From: Opitutaceae bacterium
Lineage (GTDB): Bacteria > Verrucomicrobiota > Verrucomicrobiia > Opitutales > Opitutaceae
Assembly (NCBI GenBank): GCA_044358025.1
Contig: JBIKOK010000004.1
Span: forward strand, 853-64,852
Direction of reading: 5' to 3'
DNA length: 64,000 bases
Made by a program: the position numbers and the translations under genes. The notes under the pieces were generated by a model. The model was given only the letters and a program-made list of their open reading frames with translations. It was not told where the DNA came from and made no database searches. Shown one piece after another: positions 1 to 9,956 of the stretch. Numbering within the stretch: the first letter of the stretch is position 1; every line of letters starts with the position of its first letter.

Positions 1-78
1 TCTGACCCGGCCGCACTTCCGCCAATCGGCCCAAGTAGCCCATCGCTCCACAACCGAGGAAGCCAACCGCCCCGAATC

Positions 79-1965
79 ATGCAGAAGAAATTCATCCACT
101 TGCTCCTGTTCGCCCTTGCCGCGCGCCTCATGGGTGCCGAACCCGAGACATTGCCGCCGCTCAAGGACGGCCGCGCGCCGCAAACGTTCGAGGAACTGTG
201 GGCCGGTTTCGATCCGCGCCGTGAATCGCTCGACGTCGAGATGCTGAAGACTTGGGAGGAAGACGGCGTTACGCTGCGCGTGATCCGCTACCGGATCGGG
301 ATCTTCAAAGGGCAAAAAGCGATGATGGTCGCCGTCTATGGATTTCCCAAAAGCCCCGCCAAGCTCCCGGGGTTGGTTCAGATTCACGGCGGCGGCCAAT
401 ATGCCGACTACCGCGCCGTCCTCACCAACGCCAAGCGCGGTTACGCGACCATCTCGATCGCGTGGGCCGGGCGGATCGCCGCGCCGGGTTACACCGTCAA
501 CCCGGAGGGCGTGGCGCTGTTCTGGGCCGGAAAAACGTCTGATCCCGCCTACAGACTGACGACGGATTGGGGAGCGCTCGACGCCTACCACGCTCCGTGT
601 CGCAACGAGAAAAATAATTTTCAGGCGGTGGCACCGGCTCCCTGGACTTTGGACACCGTGGAGTCACCCCGGAATAACCCCTGGTTTCTCTGCACGCTCG
701 GTGCCCGCCGCGCCCTGACCTTTCTCGAGGCGCAACCCGAAGTGGATCCGGAGCGGCTCGGCGTCTACGGCCACTCCATGGGCGGCAAGCTGACCGTCCT
801 GACGACGGCCGCAGACTCCCGCGTGAAGGCCGCTGCGCCCTCCTGCGGCGGGGTCAGCGATCGGACGCACGTAAATCCGCTTTATCGCGCGACCATCAAT
901 GACGATCAGAGCCTGAAGCGCATCACGTGCCCAATCGTGTTCCTCAGCCCGGCAAACGATTTCCACGGCCGGATCGACGACTTGCAGATCGCGTTGCAAG
1001 AGGTCCGCAGCTCCGAGTGGCGCGTAACGTGTTCGGCGCACCACAGTCATCAGGACACGGCGGAATTTCAGGTCGTCGGCTTGTTATGGTTCGACCAGCA
1101 CCTGCGCGGCGACTTCAGGTTGCCGCGGACACCCGCGGCATCGTTGGTCCTGAAGACAGCGGATGCTGTGCCGTCGTTCACGGTCACGCCGGATGCTGCG
1201 CGACCGGCTGCGACGGTAGATATTTACTACACGCAGCACGGGCAACTCGCGGGCGAAAAAGACGACCGCGAGAACACCAAGGCGCGTTTCTGGCATCACG
1301 CCCGCGCGATTCGGGAGGGCGGGACCTGGCGGGCGAGCCTACCCCTGGCGACCACCGGCAAGCCGCTGTGGGTCTACGCGACCGCGCACTACACCTTGGA
1401 AAAACCAGTCACCGGAGCCGGCTACTATTATGGCATCTATACGGCGAAGGAGTTTGCGCTTTCCTCGCGCATGCTCGTGGCCACGCCGGATCAACTCGCG
1501 GCCGCGGGCGTAAAGTCGACGGCCCCCGCCTCCCTGTTGATCGAGGACTTCGCGAGTGACTGGGAAAAGGAATGGTTTACCTACGAATCCACCGACCACT
1601 GGGCGCGACGCACCCACAAGATTTACGATGATCGGTGGCAGGCTCCCCCCGCCGCGAAACTCGTGCTCGAAGTCCGCTCCGCGCAACCCAATCGGCTCGT
1701 GGTCGGGATCGATGACTACGCCGTCGAGATCGCGCTGACGGCCGGCCCGACGTGGCAACACCTCAGTTTATCTCCGGCGGATTTTCGGGACGCGGCCGGC
1801 ACTGCGCTCACCGGATGGAAAGGCAGCAGGGAACTGCGCCTCGCCGCCAAGGATCGGCTCACGGTCCGCGCCAGGGGCGAAACCCGCCGAAAGGAAGTCG
1901 GAGCCGAGTGGCAGGGACCGAGGCCGGAATTCCGGAATCTGCGTTGGGAGACTGGCACACAGTAG
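79..1965 (+). CDS. secreted alpha/beta-hydrolase, carbohydrate-esterase-like (acetyl-xylan-esterase / dienelactone-hydrolase fold)
   Basis: 628-aa ORF with a hydrophobic leader (MQKKFIHLLLFALAARLMGA). It has an HGGG-type oxyanion motif (LVQIHGGGQY) and a nucleophile elbow GHSMGG. The family call rests on motifs only. Confidence 0.75.
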   Translation: MQKKFIHLLLFALAARLMGAEPETLPPLKDGRAPQTFEELWAGFDPRRESLDVEMLKTWEEDGVTLRVIRYRIGIFKGQKAMMVAVYGFPKSPAKLPGLVQIHGGGQYADYRAVLTNAKRGYATISIAWAGRIAAPGYTVNPEGVALFWAGKTSDPAYRLTTDWGALDAYHAPCRNEKNNFQAVAPAPWTLDTVESPRNNPWFLCTLGARRALTFLEAQPEVDPERLGVYGHSMGGKLTVLTTAADSRVKAAAPSCGGVSDRTHVNPLYRATINDDQSLKRITCPIVFLSPANDFHGRIDDLQIALQEVRSSEWRVTCSAHHSHQDTAEFQVVGLLWFDQHLRGDFRLPRTPAASLVLKTADAVPSFTVTPDAARPAATVDIYYTQHGQLAGEKDDRENTKARFWHHARAIREGGTWRASLPLATTGKPLWVYATAHYTLEKPVTGAGYYYGIYTAKEFALSSRMLVATPDQLAAAGVKSTAPASLLIEDFASDWEKEWFTYESTDHWARRTHKIYDDRWQAPPAAKLVLEVRSAQPNRLVVGIDDYAVEIALTAGPTWQHLSLSPADFRDAAGTALTGWKGSRELRLAAKDRLTVRARGETRRKEVGAEWQGPRPEFRNLRWETGTQ

Positions 1966-2001
1966 GTAACGCCACGCGGCCACCTCCGCGACAGCCGTCG
2001 C

Positions 2002-2391
2002 TTGAAACTCTACCAGCCCGGCGTCGACCACGCCGAGTCCGCCGACCTCACGAAATCAAATCCCGAGATCGTCGCCCGCGTCACGAAACTCGCGCTCGAG
2101 TGGAAAGCCACCTTCCTCACCACAGTCGATCCGTCCTGCATCAGCACCGCCGATCGCGCCGCCAAACCCGCCGCGGCCTCCGCCCCAAGCGCCCCAACCA
2201 AAAAAGCCCCGATCGACCGCGCCGCCGGCTTCATGCGCATGGACCCCAACCGCGATGGCGTCCTCTCGTTCGAGGAATACGTCGACGGCATGAACGGCGC
2301 ACCCAATCTCGCATCGCGTTTCAAAAATTTCGATAAGGACGGCGACGGGAAACTCTCCTCCGCCGAGTTCGTCACCCCGTCCGGACGATAA
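2002..2391 (+). CDS. small EF-hand-pair ORF whose N-terminus is a sulfatase C-terminal relic (possibly a gene remnant rather than a functional gene)
   Basis: TTG-initiated 129-aa ORF. LKLYQPGVDHAESADLTKSNPEIVARVTKLALEW matches the LYDL..DP.E..NL...HPE.V..L C-terminal signature of the four intact sulfatases in this window. Two canonical 12-residue EF loops follow: DPNRDGVLSFEE and DKDGDGKLSSAE. Confidence 0.4.
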   Translation: MKLYQPGVDHAESADLTKSNPEIVARVTKLALEWKATFLTTVDPSCISTADRAAKPAAASAPSAPTKKAPIDRAAGFMRMDPNRDGVLSFEEYVDGMNGAPNLASRFKNFDKDGDGKLSSAEFVTPSGR

Positions 2392-2431
2392 TCCACTCCC
2401 TCCACGCCTCACCGTTACCCGCGCCTCCACC

Positions 2432-4240
2432 ATGATCACCGCCCCCGCCCGCCTCGCCAGCCTCCTGCTCGCCCTCTCGGCTCTCGCGGCCGCTCCCGCG
2501 CACGCCGCAACCGCTCCTGCCAAAGCCACCGCTCCCAGCGCGGAGTTGTCGATGGATCAGATGTGGGGTGCCACGACCGTCCTGCCCGGCCTCGAATCCT
2601 CCGACCGCGTCGCACTCTTCCGCGACGGCAATTACGGCATGTTTATCCACTGGGGCATCTACTCTCACCTCGGTGGCCAGTGGAAGGGCCAGACGTTTTA
2701 CGGCATCGGCGAATGGATCAAACGGCAGATGAAGATCTCCGAGTCCGACTACATCGCGGAGGCGAAGAACTTCAATCCGACCGCCTTCGACGCCCGCGAA
2801 ATCGTCCGCGTCGCGAAGGCCGCCGGCATGAAGTGGATCATCATCACCTCAAAACACCACGACGGCTTCGCGATGTTCAAGTCCGCCCACCCGTTCAACA
2901 TCGTCGACGCCTCGCCGTTTGCCCGCGACCCGATGAAGGAACTCGCCGACGCCACCCGCGAGGCCGGCCTCGGCTTCGGCTTCTATTACTCGCACAACCA
3001 GGACTGGACCGCCCCCGGCGGCAACAACGGCCCCAAGCAAAACGCCGACGGCACGCCGTCTTCGTTCGATCAATACTTCCGCGAAAAATGCTATCCGCAG
3101 GTGAAGGAAATCTGCACGAACTACGGCCCGTTGAACTACGTGTGGTTCGACACCCCCAGCAACATGCCCAAGGAGCACGCCGAAAAACTCGCCGCCCTCG
3201 TCCGCGAAACCCAGCCCGGCGCGCTCCTCTGCAGCCGCGTCGGCTACGGCCTCGGCGACTACCTGAGCAAGGGCGACATGGAAGTCCCCCCGCGCAATCT
3301 GCCCGGCCTCTGGGAAACCTGCGACACCACCAACGATTCCTGGGCCTACGCGTGGTATGACCAAAACTGGAAAGACCAAAAAGAAATCCTCCACCGTCTC
3401 GTCTCCACGGTCGCTCGCGGCGGCACCTACCTGCTCAATGTCGGCCCCGATGGCTCCGGTCGGATCCCCGCCCAGGCGACCAAGTATCTCCTGCAGGCCG
3501 GCGAGTGGATCAAACGCTACCCCCAGGTCGTCTACTCCGCCGGCGCCTCGCCGTGGGACCACGCCCAACCGTGGGGCGATGTCACGACGAGCGGCCACAC
3601 CCTCAACCTCGTCGTCTTCGACTGGCCCGCGCATGGCCGCCTGATGCTCCCCGGACTCCAGTCCGCCATCGCCGCCGCCGGCGTCGTCTCGGGCGGCAAA
3701 CTCCTCCCCGTCACCTGGACCACCCGCGGCACTTGGACCGAACTCCAGCTCCCGCCCGCCCCACCCGATCACCCCGCCTCCGTGATCGCGCTCAAATTGC
3801 AGGCCGCACCCCGGGTCGATCAAACCCTCGGCGTACACCCGAACGTCCCCACCCGTCTCCTCCTCGAATTTGCCGAGGTGAAAGACGCCACGAAAAAAGA
3901 AATCCGCTGGATGGAGAAATTCGGCGAGTGGAAAGCCGCCAACCAGGTGAGCGACTGGAAGACCGGCGGCCAGGCCGTCTGGACGATCCACGTCGCCGCC
4001 GCCGGCGACTACCGGCTCGAACTCACCTACAAGGGCGAGGGCAAACTCGTCTGGCGCATCGAAACCGACGAGGGCGTGACGCTCCAAAACCAACAAAACT
4101 CCTCGCCGATCTACGCGGCCCACGCCTTCGGCCTGCTCACCTTCAAGACCCCCGGCCGTCATACCGTCGCCGTCTCCCTCGTCGACGGCCCGCCCGACAA
4201 GGCCAGCCTCCAGGCTATCCGCCTCAGCCCCGCCCAATGA
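2432..4240 (+). CDS. alpha-L-fucosidase, glycoside hydrolase family 29
   Basis: 602-aa ORF with a signal peptide ending AHA. GH29 hallmark blocks are present: GMFIHWGIYSHLGG, AGMKWIIITSKHHDGFAMFKS, GLGFGFYYSHNQDW and LNYVWFD. Confidence 0.9.
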   Translation: MITAPARLASLLLALSALAAAPAHAATAPAKATAPSAELSMDQMWGATTVLPGLESSDRVALFRDGNYGMFIHWGIYSHLGGQWKGQTFYGIGEWIKRQMKISESDYIAEAKNFNPTAFDAREIVRVAKAAGMKWIIITSKHHDGFAMFKSAHPFNIVDASPFARDPMKELADATREAGLGFGFYYSHNQDWTAPGGNNGPKQNADGTPSSFDQYFREKCYPQVKEICTNYGPLNYVWFDTPSNMPKEHAEKLAALVRETQPGALLCSRVGYGLGDYLSKGDMEVPPRNLPGLWETCDTTNDSWAYAWYDQNWKDQKEILHRLVSTVARGGTYLLNVGPDGSGRIPAQATKYLLQAGEWIKRYPQVVYSAGASPWDHAQPWGDVTTSGHTLNLVVFDWPAHGRLMLPGLQSAIAAAGVVSGGKLLPVTWTTRGTWTELQLPPAPPDHPASVIALKLQAAPRVDQTLGVHPNVPTRLLLEFAEVKDATKKEIRWMEKFGEWKAANQVSDWKTGGQAVWTIHVAAAGDYRLELTYKGEGKLVWRIETDEGVTLQNQQNSSPIYAAHAFGLLTFKTPGRHTVAVSLVDGPPDKASLQAIRLSPAQ

Positions 4241-5454
4241 ACCGCCGCTTCGCCCTTCTCGCCGTACTCACCGCCCTCGCCGGCCCCGCCGCACCCGCGG
4301 CCGACTTCGCGCGCCTGCGCGTCCAAGTCGCCGCCCTCGCCGATCTGACCTCGCCGCCCGCCGTCCACGCCGCCGCCGGCGTCGCGCCCGCCGGCGCCCT
4401 CCAACCCCTCTTCTTCGACGGCCTCCCGTATCAGGGAAAACCCACGCGCGTCTTCGCCTGGCTCGGCCTGCCCCCCGCGCGCTCCGACAAGGTCCCGGGC
4501 GTCGTGCTCGTGCACGGCGGCGGCGGCACCGCCTTCAAAGAGTGGGTGCAGAAGTGGAACGACCAGGGCTTCGCCGCAATCTCGCTCGCGGTCGAGGGGC
4601 AGACCGATGAGCGCATCCCCGGCGCCCCACCCGGCGCGCAATGGCAACGCCACGCCGCCGCCGGTCCCGCGCGCACCGGCATCTACGGCGACTCCTCCGC
4701 CCCGCTGGCTGACCAATGGATGTATCACGCCGTCGCGGACGTCGTCCTCGCCCACTCCCTGCTCCGCTCGCGGCCCGAAGTCGACGCCTCCCGCGTCGGC
4801 GTCTGCGGTATCTCGTGGGGCGGCGTCATCACCGCAACTGTCGTCGGCATCGATCCGCGCTTCGCCTTCGGCATTCCCATCTACGGCTGCGGCGCCCTCG
4901 ACCGCGCGGCCGACCACTACGTGCGCGCCCTCCGCGACAACCCGCTCTACCGCGAGGTCTGGGAACCGCTTCTCCGCCTGCCCCGCGCCACCCTGCCGCT
5001 GCTCTGGCTCACCGGCCCGCGCGACGCCCATTTTCCCCTCGACGTGCAACAGGCCAGTTACCGCGCCGCCCCCGGTCCCCGGATGATCTCGATTCCGTTC
5101 GACCTGAAGCACAGCCATCCCGCCGGCTGGAATCCCCCCGACAGCTACGCCTTCGCGAAATCCATCGTCGAAACCGGCCGCCCCTGGGCCCGCGAACTCT
5201 CCCAGGAAAACCGCGCCGGCACCGCCCGCGTCAGCTTCGCCGTCACTCGCGAGGTAAGCGCGGCGACCCTCGTTTTCAAACGCGCGGCTGACTGGGAAAA
5301 ACTCCCGGCCCAACTCGAAACCGCGTCCGGCCGCGTCACCGCCGCCGCGCTTGTGCCGCTTGGCACGACCACTTACTTCTTCAACTTGGAGGCCGGCGGT
5401 CTGACCCTCAGTTCCGAAATGCAGACCGTCGCCCTTCCTTCTCCAACCCCTTGA
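4237..5454 (+). CDS. secreted alpha/beta-hydrolase (esterase / S9-peptidase-like fold)
   Basis: The ATG at 4237 overlaps the fucosidase stop (ATGA). Leader MNRRFALLAVLTALAGPAAPAA, then VVLVHGGGGTAF and the nucleophile elbow GISWGG. The track ORF starting at 3505 is an Arg/Pro-rich out-of-frame read through the fucosidase gene. Confidence 0.8.
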   Translation: MNRRFALLAVLTALAGPAAPAADFARLRVQVAALADLTSPPAVHAAAGVAPAGALQPLFFDGLPYQGKPTRVFAWLGLPPARSDKVPGVVLVHGGGGTAFKEWVQKWNDQGFAAISLAVEGQTDERIPGAPPGAQWQRHAAAGPARTGIYGDSSAPLADQWMYHAVADVVLAHSLLRSRPEVDASRVGVCGISWGGVITATVVGIDPRFAFGIPIYGCGALDRAADHYVRALRDNPLYREVWEPLLRLPRATLPLLWLTGPRDAHFPLDVQQASYRAAPGPRMISIPFDLKHSHPAGWNPPDSYAFAKSIVETGRPWARELSQENRAGTARVSFAVTREVSAATLVFKRAADWEKLPAQLETASGRVTAAALVPLGTTTYFFNLEAGGLTLSSEMQTVALPSPTP

Positions 5455-5473
5455 ACCTTCTTTTTTCCGTCCC

Positions 5474-8400
5474 ATGACCCTCCGCCTCCTCACCCTCTCC
5501 CTCCTGGCCGCCGTCGGCCTCGCCTCCTCGCTCCACGCCGAGCCTTCGCTCGTCTACGAGGGCACCGCCGGTCCCGGCCAGGGCAAGCATATCGTCTTCC
5601 TTTCCGGCGATCACGAGTATCGCTCCGAGGAAACGCTGCCCGCGCTGGCGCGTATTATGGCGAAGCATCACGGCTTCAAATGCACCGTGCTCTTCAACGT
5701 CGATCCGAAGACCGGCACCATCGTCCCCGGGAATTCCCACTCCCCCGGCCTCGAGGCGCTCGCCACCGCCGATCTCGCCGTGGTTTTTCTGCGCTTCCAG
5801 GATTTCCCCGCCGACCAGATGAAACACGTCGCGGCCTACCTCGATCGCGGCGGTCCGGTGATCGGGCTCCGCACCGCGACCCACGCGTTCCAGATTCCTG
5901 CCACCGGTGAGTTCAAAAAATACTCCTGGAACTACAAGGGCGAGGACTACGTCGGCGGCTTCGGGCATCAGGTGCTCGGTCAGTCATGGGTGGGCCATTA
6001 CGGCAAAAATCACACGCAAGGCACCCGCATCGACATCCTCCCCGCGGCCGCCGCCCATCCCATTTTGCGCGGCGTCAAAGCAATCTGGGCGCACGAGGGC
6101 GGCTACGTCGGCAAACCCACCGACGGCGAAATCCTCACCATGGCGCAGCCGCTCAACGGCATGACGCGCGAATCGCCCGCCGACCCCACCAAGCCCCCGA
6201 TGCCCTCCGAGTGGACCCGCACGTATAAAAGCGCCTCCGGAAAAATCGGCCGCGTCTTCACGACGCTCTACGGCGTCCCGGAGAATCTGCTCAATGACGG
6301 CTACCGCCGCATGATGGTCAACGCGACCTTCTGGGCCCTCGGCCTGGAGTCCGCCATCAAGTCCGACCTCAACGTCGCCCTCGTCGGGCCTTTCAAGCCC
6401 AGCACGTTTGGCAACCACCGCTACATCGCGTCCATCAAGCCCTCCGCCTACGCCGGCTTCGAGAGCCCCATTCCCGCCCCGGGCTCCCCCCCGCCGATGC
6501 CCCCTCCCGCGAAGGCCAAAGCCAAACCGGCCGAGCCAGCCGCTCCCGCGGCCGCGCCGGCGCCCGCCCCAGCCTCCGCCTCCGACGCGGGGAAACAGCA
6601 AGCGACGAAGCAGGCTGGCGCCCCCCAGCCAGCGAAAAAAGTCGAAGCGCCCCACGGCCTCCGGGCCGAACCGACCCCCGCGACGGCCCGGCGCCCGCAG
6701 CTCGTCGCCCCGCCGAGCAAAGGCGAGCGCATCGTACTCATCGGCAATGGGCTCGCCGAGCGCGATGTCTACTACCACCGCATCGAGACCGAGCTCGCCC
6801 TCCGCTACCCCGAGCACGAACTGTTTTTCCGCAACATGGGCCACGTGGGCGACACGCCCGGTTTCCGCCCCCATCCTTCGCGCGCGTCGCAGTGGGCGTT
6901 TCCCGGCGCTGAAAAATTTCACCCCGAGCTCAACGTCCACAAGGGCGAGGGCTTCTTCCCCACGCCCGACCAATGGCTCACCCACCTGAAAGCCGATACC
7001 CTCGTCGCCTTCTTCGGTTACAACGAGTCCTTCGACGGCCCCACCAAGGTCGCGAATTTCAAGTCCGAGTTGGACGCCTGGGTGCTCCACACGCTCGGCC
7101 AAGCCTACAATGGACAGGCCGCACCCCGCCTCGTCCTCGTGTCACCGATCGCCTACGAAAACCAATCCGCGCAGCGCGACCTGCCCGACGGCGTCAAGGA
7201 AAACGCCAACCTCGCGCTCTACACCCAGGCCATCGCCTCCGTCGCGAAAACCCACGGCCTGACGTTCATCGATCTCTTCAACCCGACGCAGGCCCTCTAC
7301 CGGACTGCCCGCGAACCACTCACCACCGGCGGTTTCATTCCCAACGACGAGGGCTATCAACACGTCGCCCGACTCCTCGCGACCGGACTTTACGGCGATC
7401 AAGCGCGCGTCTCCCAGGCCGACCCTGCCCTCGTGCACGGGGCGGTGAAACAGAAAGATTATTTTTGGAATAACGATTACCACCTCGTGAACGGCGTCCA
7501 CGCCTACGGCCGGCGTTACGCTCCCTACGGTCCGCAAAATTACCCCGACGAAGTCAAAAAAACCCGCGAGATGACCGCGCTCCGCGACATCGTCATTCAC
7601 GACGTCGCCCGCGCGCGCAAAACCGACCTCGTCGTCGATGACAGCCAGACCCACGTGCTGCCGCCCGTGCCGACCAACTACACGCCCAGCATTAAGAACG
7701 GCACGACCCAGATTCTCCCCGCCAATGAAGGCCTCGCCGCGCTCACCGTGCCTCCCGGCTACAAGGTCGAGCTCTTCGCCAGCGAAAAAGAATTCCCCCA
7801 CCTCGCCAACCCGATGCAGCTCTCCTTCGACAACCGCGGCCGCCTCTGGGTCGCCGTCATGCCCGCCTATCCGGCCTACCGTCCGGGCGACGCTTTGCCG
7901 AACGACAAGATTCTCATTTACGAAGACACCGACGGCGACGGCAAAGCCGACAAGGAGACCGTCTTCGCCGACCACCTCTACCTGCCCATCGGCTTCGAAT
8001 TCGCGCCGGAGGGCGTCTACGTTTCGCAGGAGCCCAATCTCGTGCTCCTGCGCGATACCGATGGCGACGACAAAGCCGACCGCCGCGAGATCATCCTCGG
8101 CGGCTTCGACACCCACGACACGCACCACGCCATCAGCGCCTACACCGCCGACCCGAGCGGAGCCTTCATGCTGTGCGAGGGAGTTTTCCTGCACAGCAAC
8201 GTCGAGACGCCCTACGGCCCCGTGCGCTGCGTGGACGGCGGCTTCTTCCGCTACAGCCCGCAGCGCGGGATGCTCGAGCGCACGATCCAGATGAACATCC
8301 CGAACCCCTGGGGCTACGCCTTCGACCGTTGGGGACAGGACTTCTTCCTCTTCACCTCCGGCACCGCGCTAAACTGGTCGCTGCCGATGCAGGTGAAACC

Positions 8401-9766
8401 CACCTTCGGCAGCAAGACCCCCGCCACCGTCGATCTCATTCCTGCCGCCGAAAAAGTGCGGCCCACCTCCGGACTGGAGATCATCTCCTCCCGCCATTTC
8501 CCCGACGAGGTCCAGGGCGATCTCATCCTCTGCAACGCCATCGGCTTCCTCGGCATCAAGCAGCACCAGATCGAAGACGACGGCACCGGTTGGAAAACCA
8601 CCTTCCGCCAGGACCTGCTCACGAGTACCGACCGCAACTTCCGCCCCGTCGATCTCGAGTTCGCCCCCGACGGCTCCCTCTACGTCATCGACTGGCACAA
8701 CATCCTCATCGGGCACATGCAGCACAACGCCCGCGACCCCCTCCGCGACCGCAACCACGGCCGCATCTACCGCATCACGTATCCGAGCCGTCCCCTCGTG
8801 AAGCCCGCCCAGATCGCCGGCGCGCCCCTCGCGACCCTGCTCGAAAATCTGACGGAGCCCGAGTATCGCACCCGCTACCGCACCCGGCGCGAGATCCGCA
8901 GCCATCCGGTGACGACCGTTCTGCCCGCCGTGAAAAAATGGGCCGCCGCGCAAACCGACCCCCACGCAAAACTCGAAGCCCTCTGGACCACCTGGGGCCT
9001 GAACGCGGTCGACGAACCCTTGCTCCGCGAACTCCTCGCCTCCCCGGATTTCCACGCCCGCGCCGCCGCCGTCCGCGTCCTGCGCTACAACACCCACCGC
9101 ATCGCCGGCCATGCCGCCCTGCTCGAAAAAGCCGCCGCCGATGAGCACGGCCGCGTGCGCCTCGAAGCGATCGTTGCCGCCTCGTGGTTGCCCGACTCCG
9201 CCGCCGCGAAAAAGATCGTCGCCGTCGGCGCGAGCCAACCCCTCGACCGCTGGAGCAAAGACGTCGCCAAAACCGCCGCCAACCGCCTGGCGGGCGCCTC
9301 CGAAGTCGAGAAGCCCGAACACCCGCAGCTCGCCGCGCCCCTGCACCTCTCCACCAAGGGCCAGCAGCAATACCTCGCCGGCCAGCAGATTTATCTGCGC
9401 GAAGGTTACTGCGTCACCTGTCACCAGGCCGATGGCAAGGGTCTCGATCCCGCCTTCCCCTCCCTCGCCAAAAGCCCGTGGGTCACCGATGACGCCGAGC
9501 GTCTCATCAAACTCACGCTCTATGGCCTGATGGGCCCGCTCGAGGTGAACGGGAAAAAATACGACGGTCAGGTGCCGATGACTCCCTTCGGCGGCCTGCT
9601 GAAAGACGATGAACTCGCCGCCGTCCTCACCTTCGTCCGCAACAGTTTTGGCAACGAAGCGGCCCCGATTCAGGCCGCCGACGTCCAAACCGTCCGCGCG
9701 AAAAATCCCGGCCGCATGATGCTCTACCACACCGAGGAGCTGCTCAAAGAGCACCCGATGAAGTAA
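5474..9766 (+). CDS. 1430-aa multidomain PVC-type protein: ThuA-like domain, Pro/Ala linker, SGNH-like module, membrane-bound-dehydrogenase-type beta-propeller, HEAT repeats, C-terminal cytochrome c
   Basis: Signal peptide MTLRLLTLSLLAAVGLASSLHA. ThuA-like block HIVFLSGDHEYRSEETLPALARIM. Low-complexity linker PAPGSPPPMPPPAKAKAKPAEPAAPAAAPAPAPA. SGNH-like block RIVLIGNGLAERDVYY...FRNMGHVGDT. Propeller blocks LTVPPGYKVELFASE...PMQLSFDNRGRLWV and FRPVDLEFAPDGSLYVIDWHN...HGRIYRI. Heme motif GYCVTCHQADGKG near the C-terminus. Confidence 0.85.
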   Translation: MTLRLLTLSLLAAVGLASSLHAEPSLVYEGTAGPGQGKHIVFLSGDHEYRSEETLPALARIMAKHHGFKCTVLFNVDPKTGTIVPGNSHSPGLEALATADLAVVFLRFQDFPADQMKHVAAYLDRGGPVIGLRTATHAFQIPATGEFKKYSWNYKGEDYVGGFGHQVLGQSWVGHYGKNHTQGTRIDILPAAAAHPILRGVKAIWAHEGGYVGKPTDGEILTMAQPLNGMTRESPADPTKPPMPSEWTRTYKSASGKIGRVFTTLYGVPENLLNDGYRRMMVNATFWALGLESAIKSDLNVALVGPFKPSTFGNHRYIASIKPSAYAGFESPIPAPGSPPPMPPPAKAKAKPAEPAAPAAAPAPAPASASDAGKQQATKQAGAPQPAKKVEAPHGLRAEPTPATARRPQLVAPPSKGERIVLIGNGLAERDVYYHRIETELALRYPEHELFFRNMGHVGDTPGFRPHPSRASQWAFPGAEKFHPELNVHKGEGFFPTPDQWLTHLKADTLVAFFGYNESFDGPTKVANFKSELDAWVLHTLGQAYNGQAAPRLVLVSPIAYENQSAQRDLPDGVKENANLALYTQAIASVAKTHGLTFIDLFNPTQALYRTAREPLTTGGFIPNDEGYQHVARLLATGLYGDQARVSQADPALVHGAVKQKDYFWNNDYHLVNGVHAYGRRYAPYGPQNYPDEVKKTREMTALRDIVIHDVARARKTDLVVDDSQTHVLPPVPTNYTPSIKNGTTQILPANEGLAALTVPPGYKVELFASEKEFPHLANPMQLSFDNRGRLWVAVMPAYPAYRPGDALPNDKILIYEDTDGDGKADKETVFADHLYLPIGFEFAPEGVYVSQEPNLVLLRDTDGDDKADRREIILGGFDTHDTHHAISAYTADPSGAFMLCEGVFLHSNVETPYGPVRCVDGGFFRYSPQRGMLERTIQMNIPNPWGYAFDRWGQDFFLFTSGTALNWSLPMQVKPTFGSKTPATVDLIPAAEKVRPTSGLEIISSRHFPDEVQGDLILCNAIGFLGIKQHQIEDDGTGWKTTFRQDLLTSTDRNFRPVDLEFAPDGSLYVIDWHNILIGHMQHNARDPLRDRNHGRIYRITYPSRPLVKPAQIAGAPLATLLENLTEPEYRTRYRTRREIRSHPVTTVLPAVKKWAAAQTDPHAKLEALWTTWGLNAVDEPLLRELLASPDFHARAAAVRVLRYNTHRIAGHAALLEKAAADEHGRVRLEAIVAASWLPDSAAAKKIVAVGASQPLDRWSKDVAKTAANRLAGASEVEKPEHPQLAAPLHLSTKGQQQYLAGQQIYLREGYCVTCHQADGKGLDPAFPSLAKSPWVTDDAERLIKLTLYGLMGPLEVNGKKYDGQVPMTPFGGLLKDDELAAVLTFVRNSFGNEAAPIQAADVQTVRAKNPGRMMLYHTEELLKEHPMK

Positions 9767-9768
9767 GC

Positions 9769-9898
9769 CCAGTTCGCTTTCGAGATGAGATTCACGCGAT
9801 TTGCCGGAGCCTGCTTGCAGGCGATGGCTACGAGCTGAATCGCCTGCAAGTCGGCTCCTGCCTTCCGGCAGATTAGTCTCAACTTGATCGCGAATTGG
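9769..9898. repeat. ~130-bp hairpin-forming REP/MITE-like element, copy 1
   Basis: It starts 3 nt after the stop of the 5474..9766 gene. An internal imperfect inverted repeat pairs 9806..9825 (ggagcctgcttgcaggcgat) with 9839..9858 (atcgcctgcaagtcggctcc). Its reverse complement matches 35458..35587 at roughly 90% by eye. Confidence 0.85.
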
Positions 9899-9956
9899 CC
9901 TTAGCGCCCCTCCGCCGGTCCGGCGGCTTTCCAGCCGCCGCCCACCATACTCCCCC

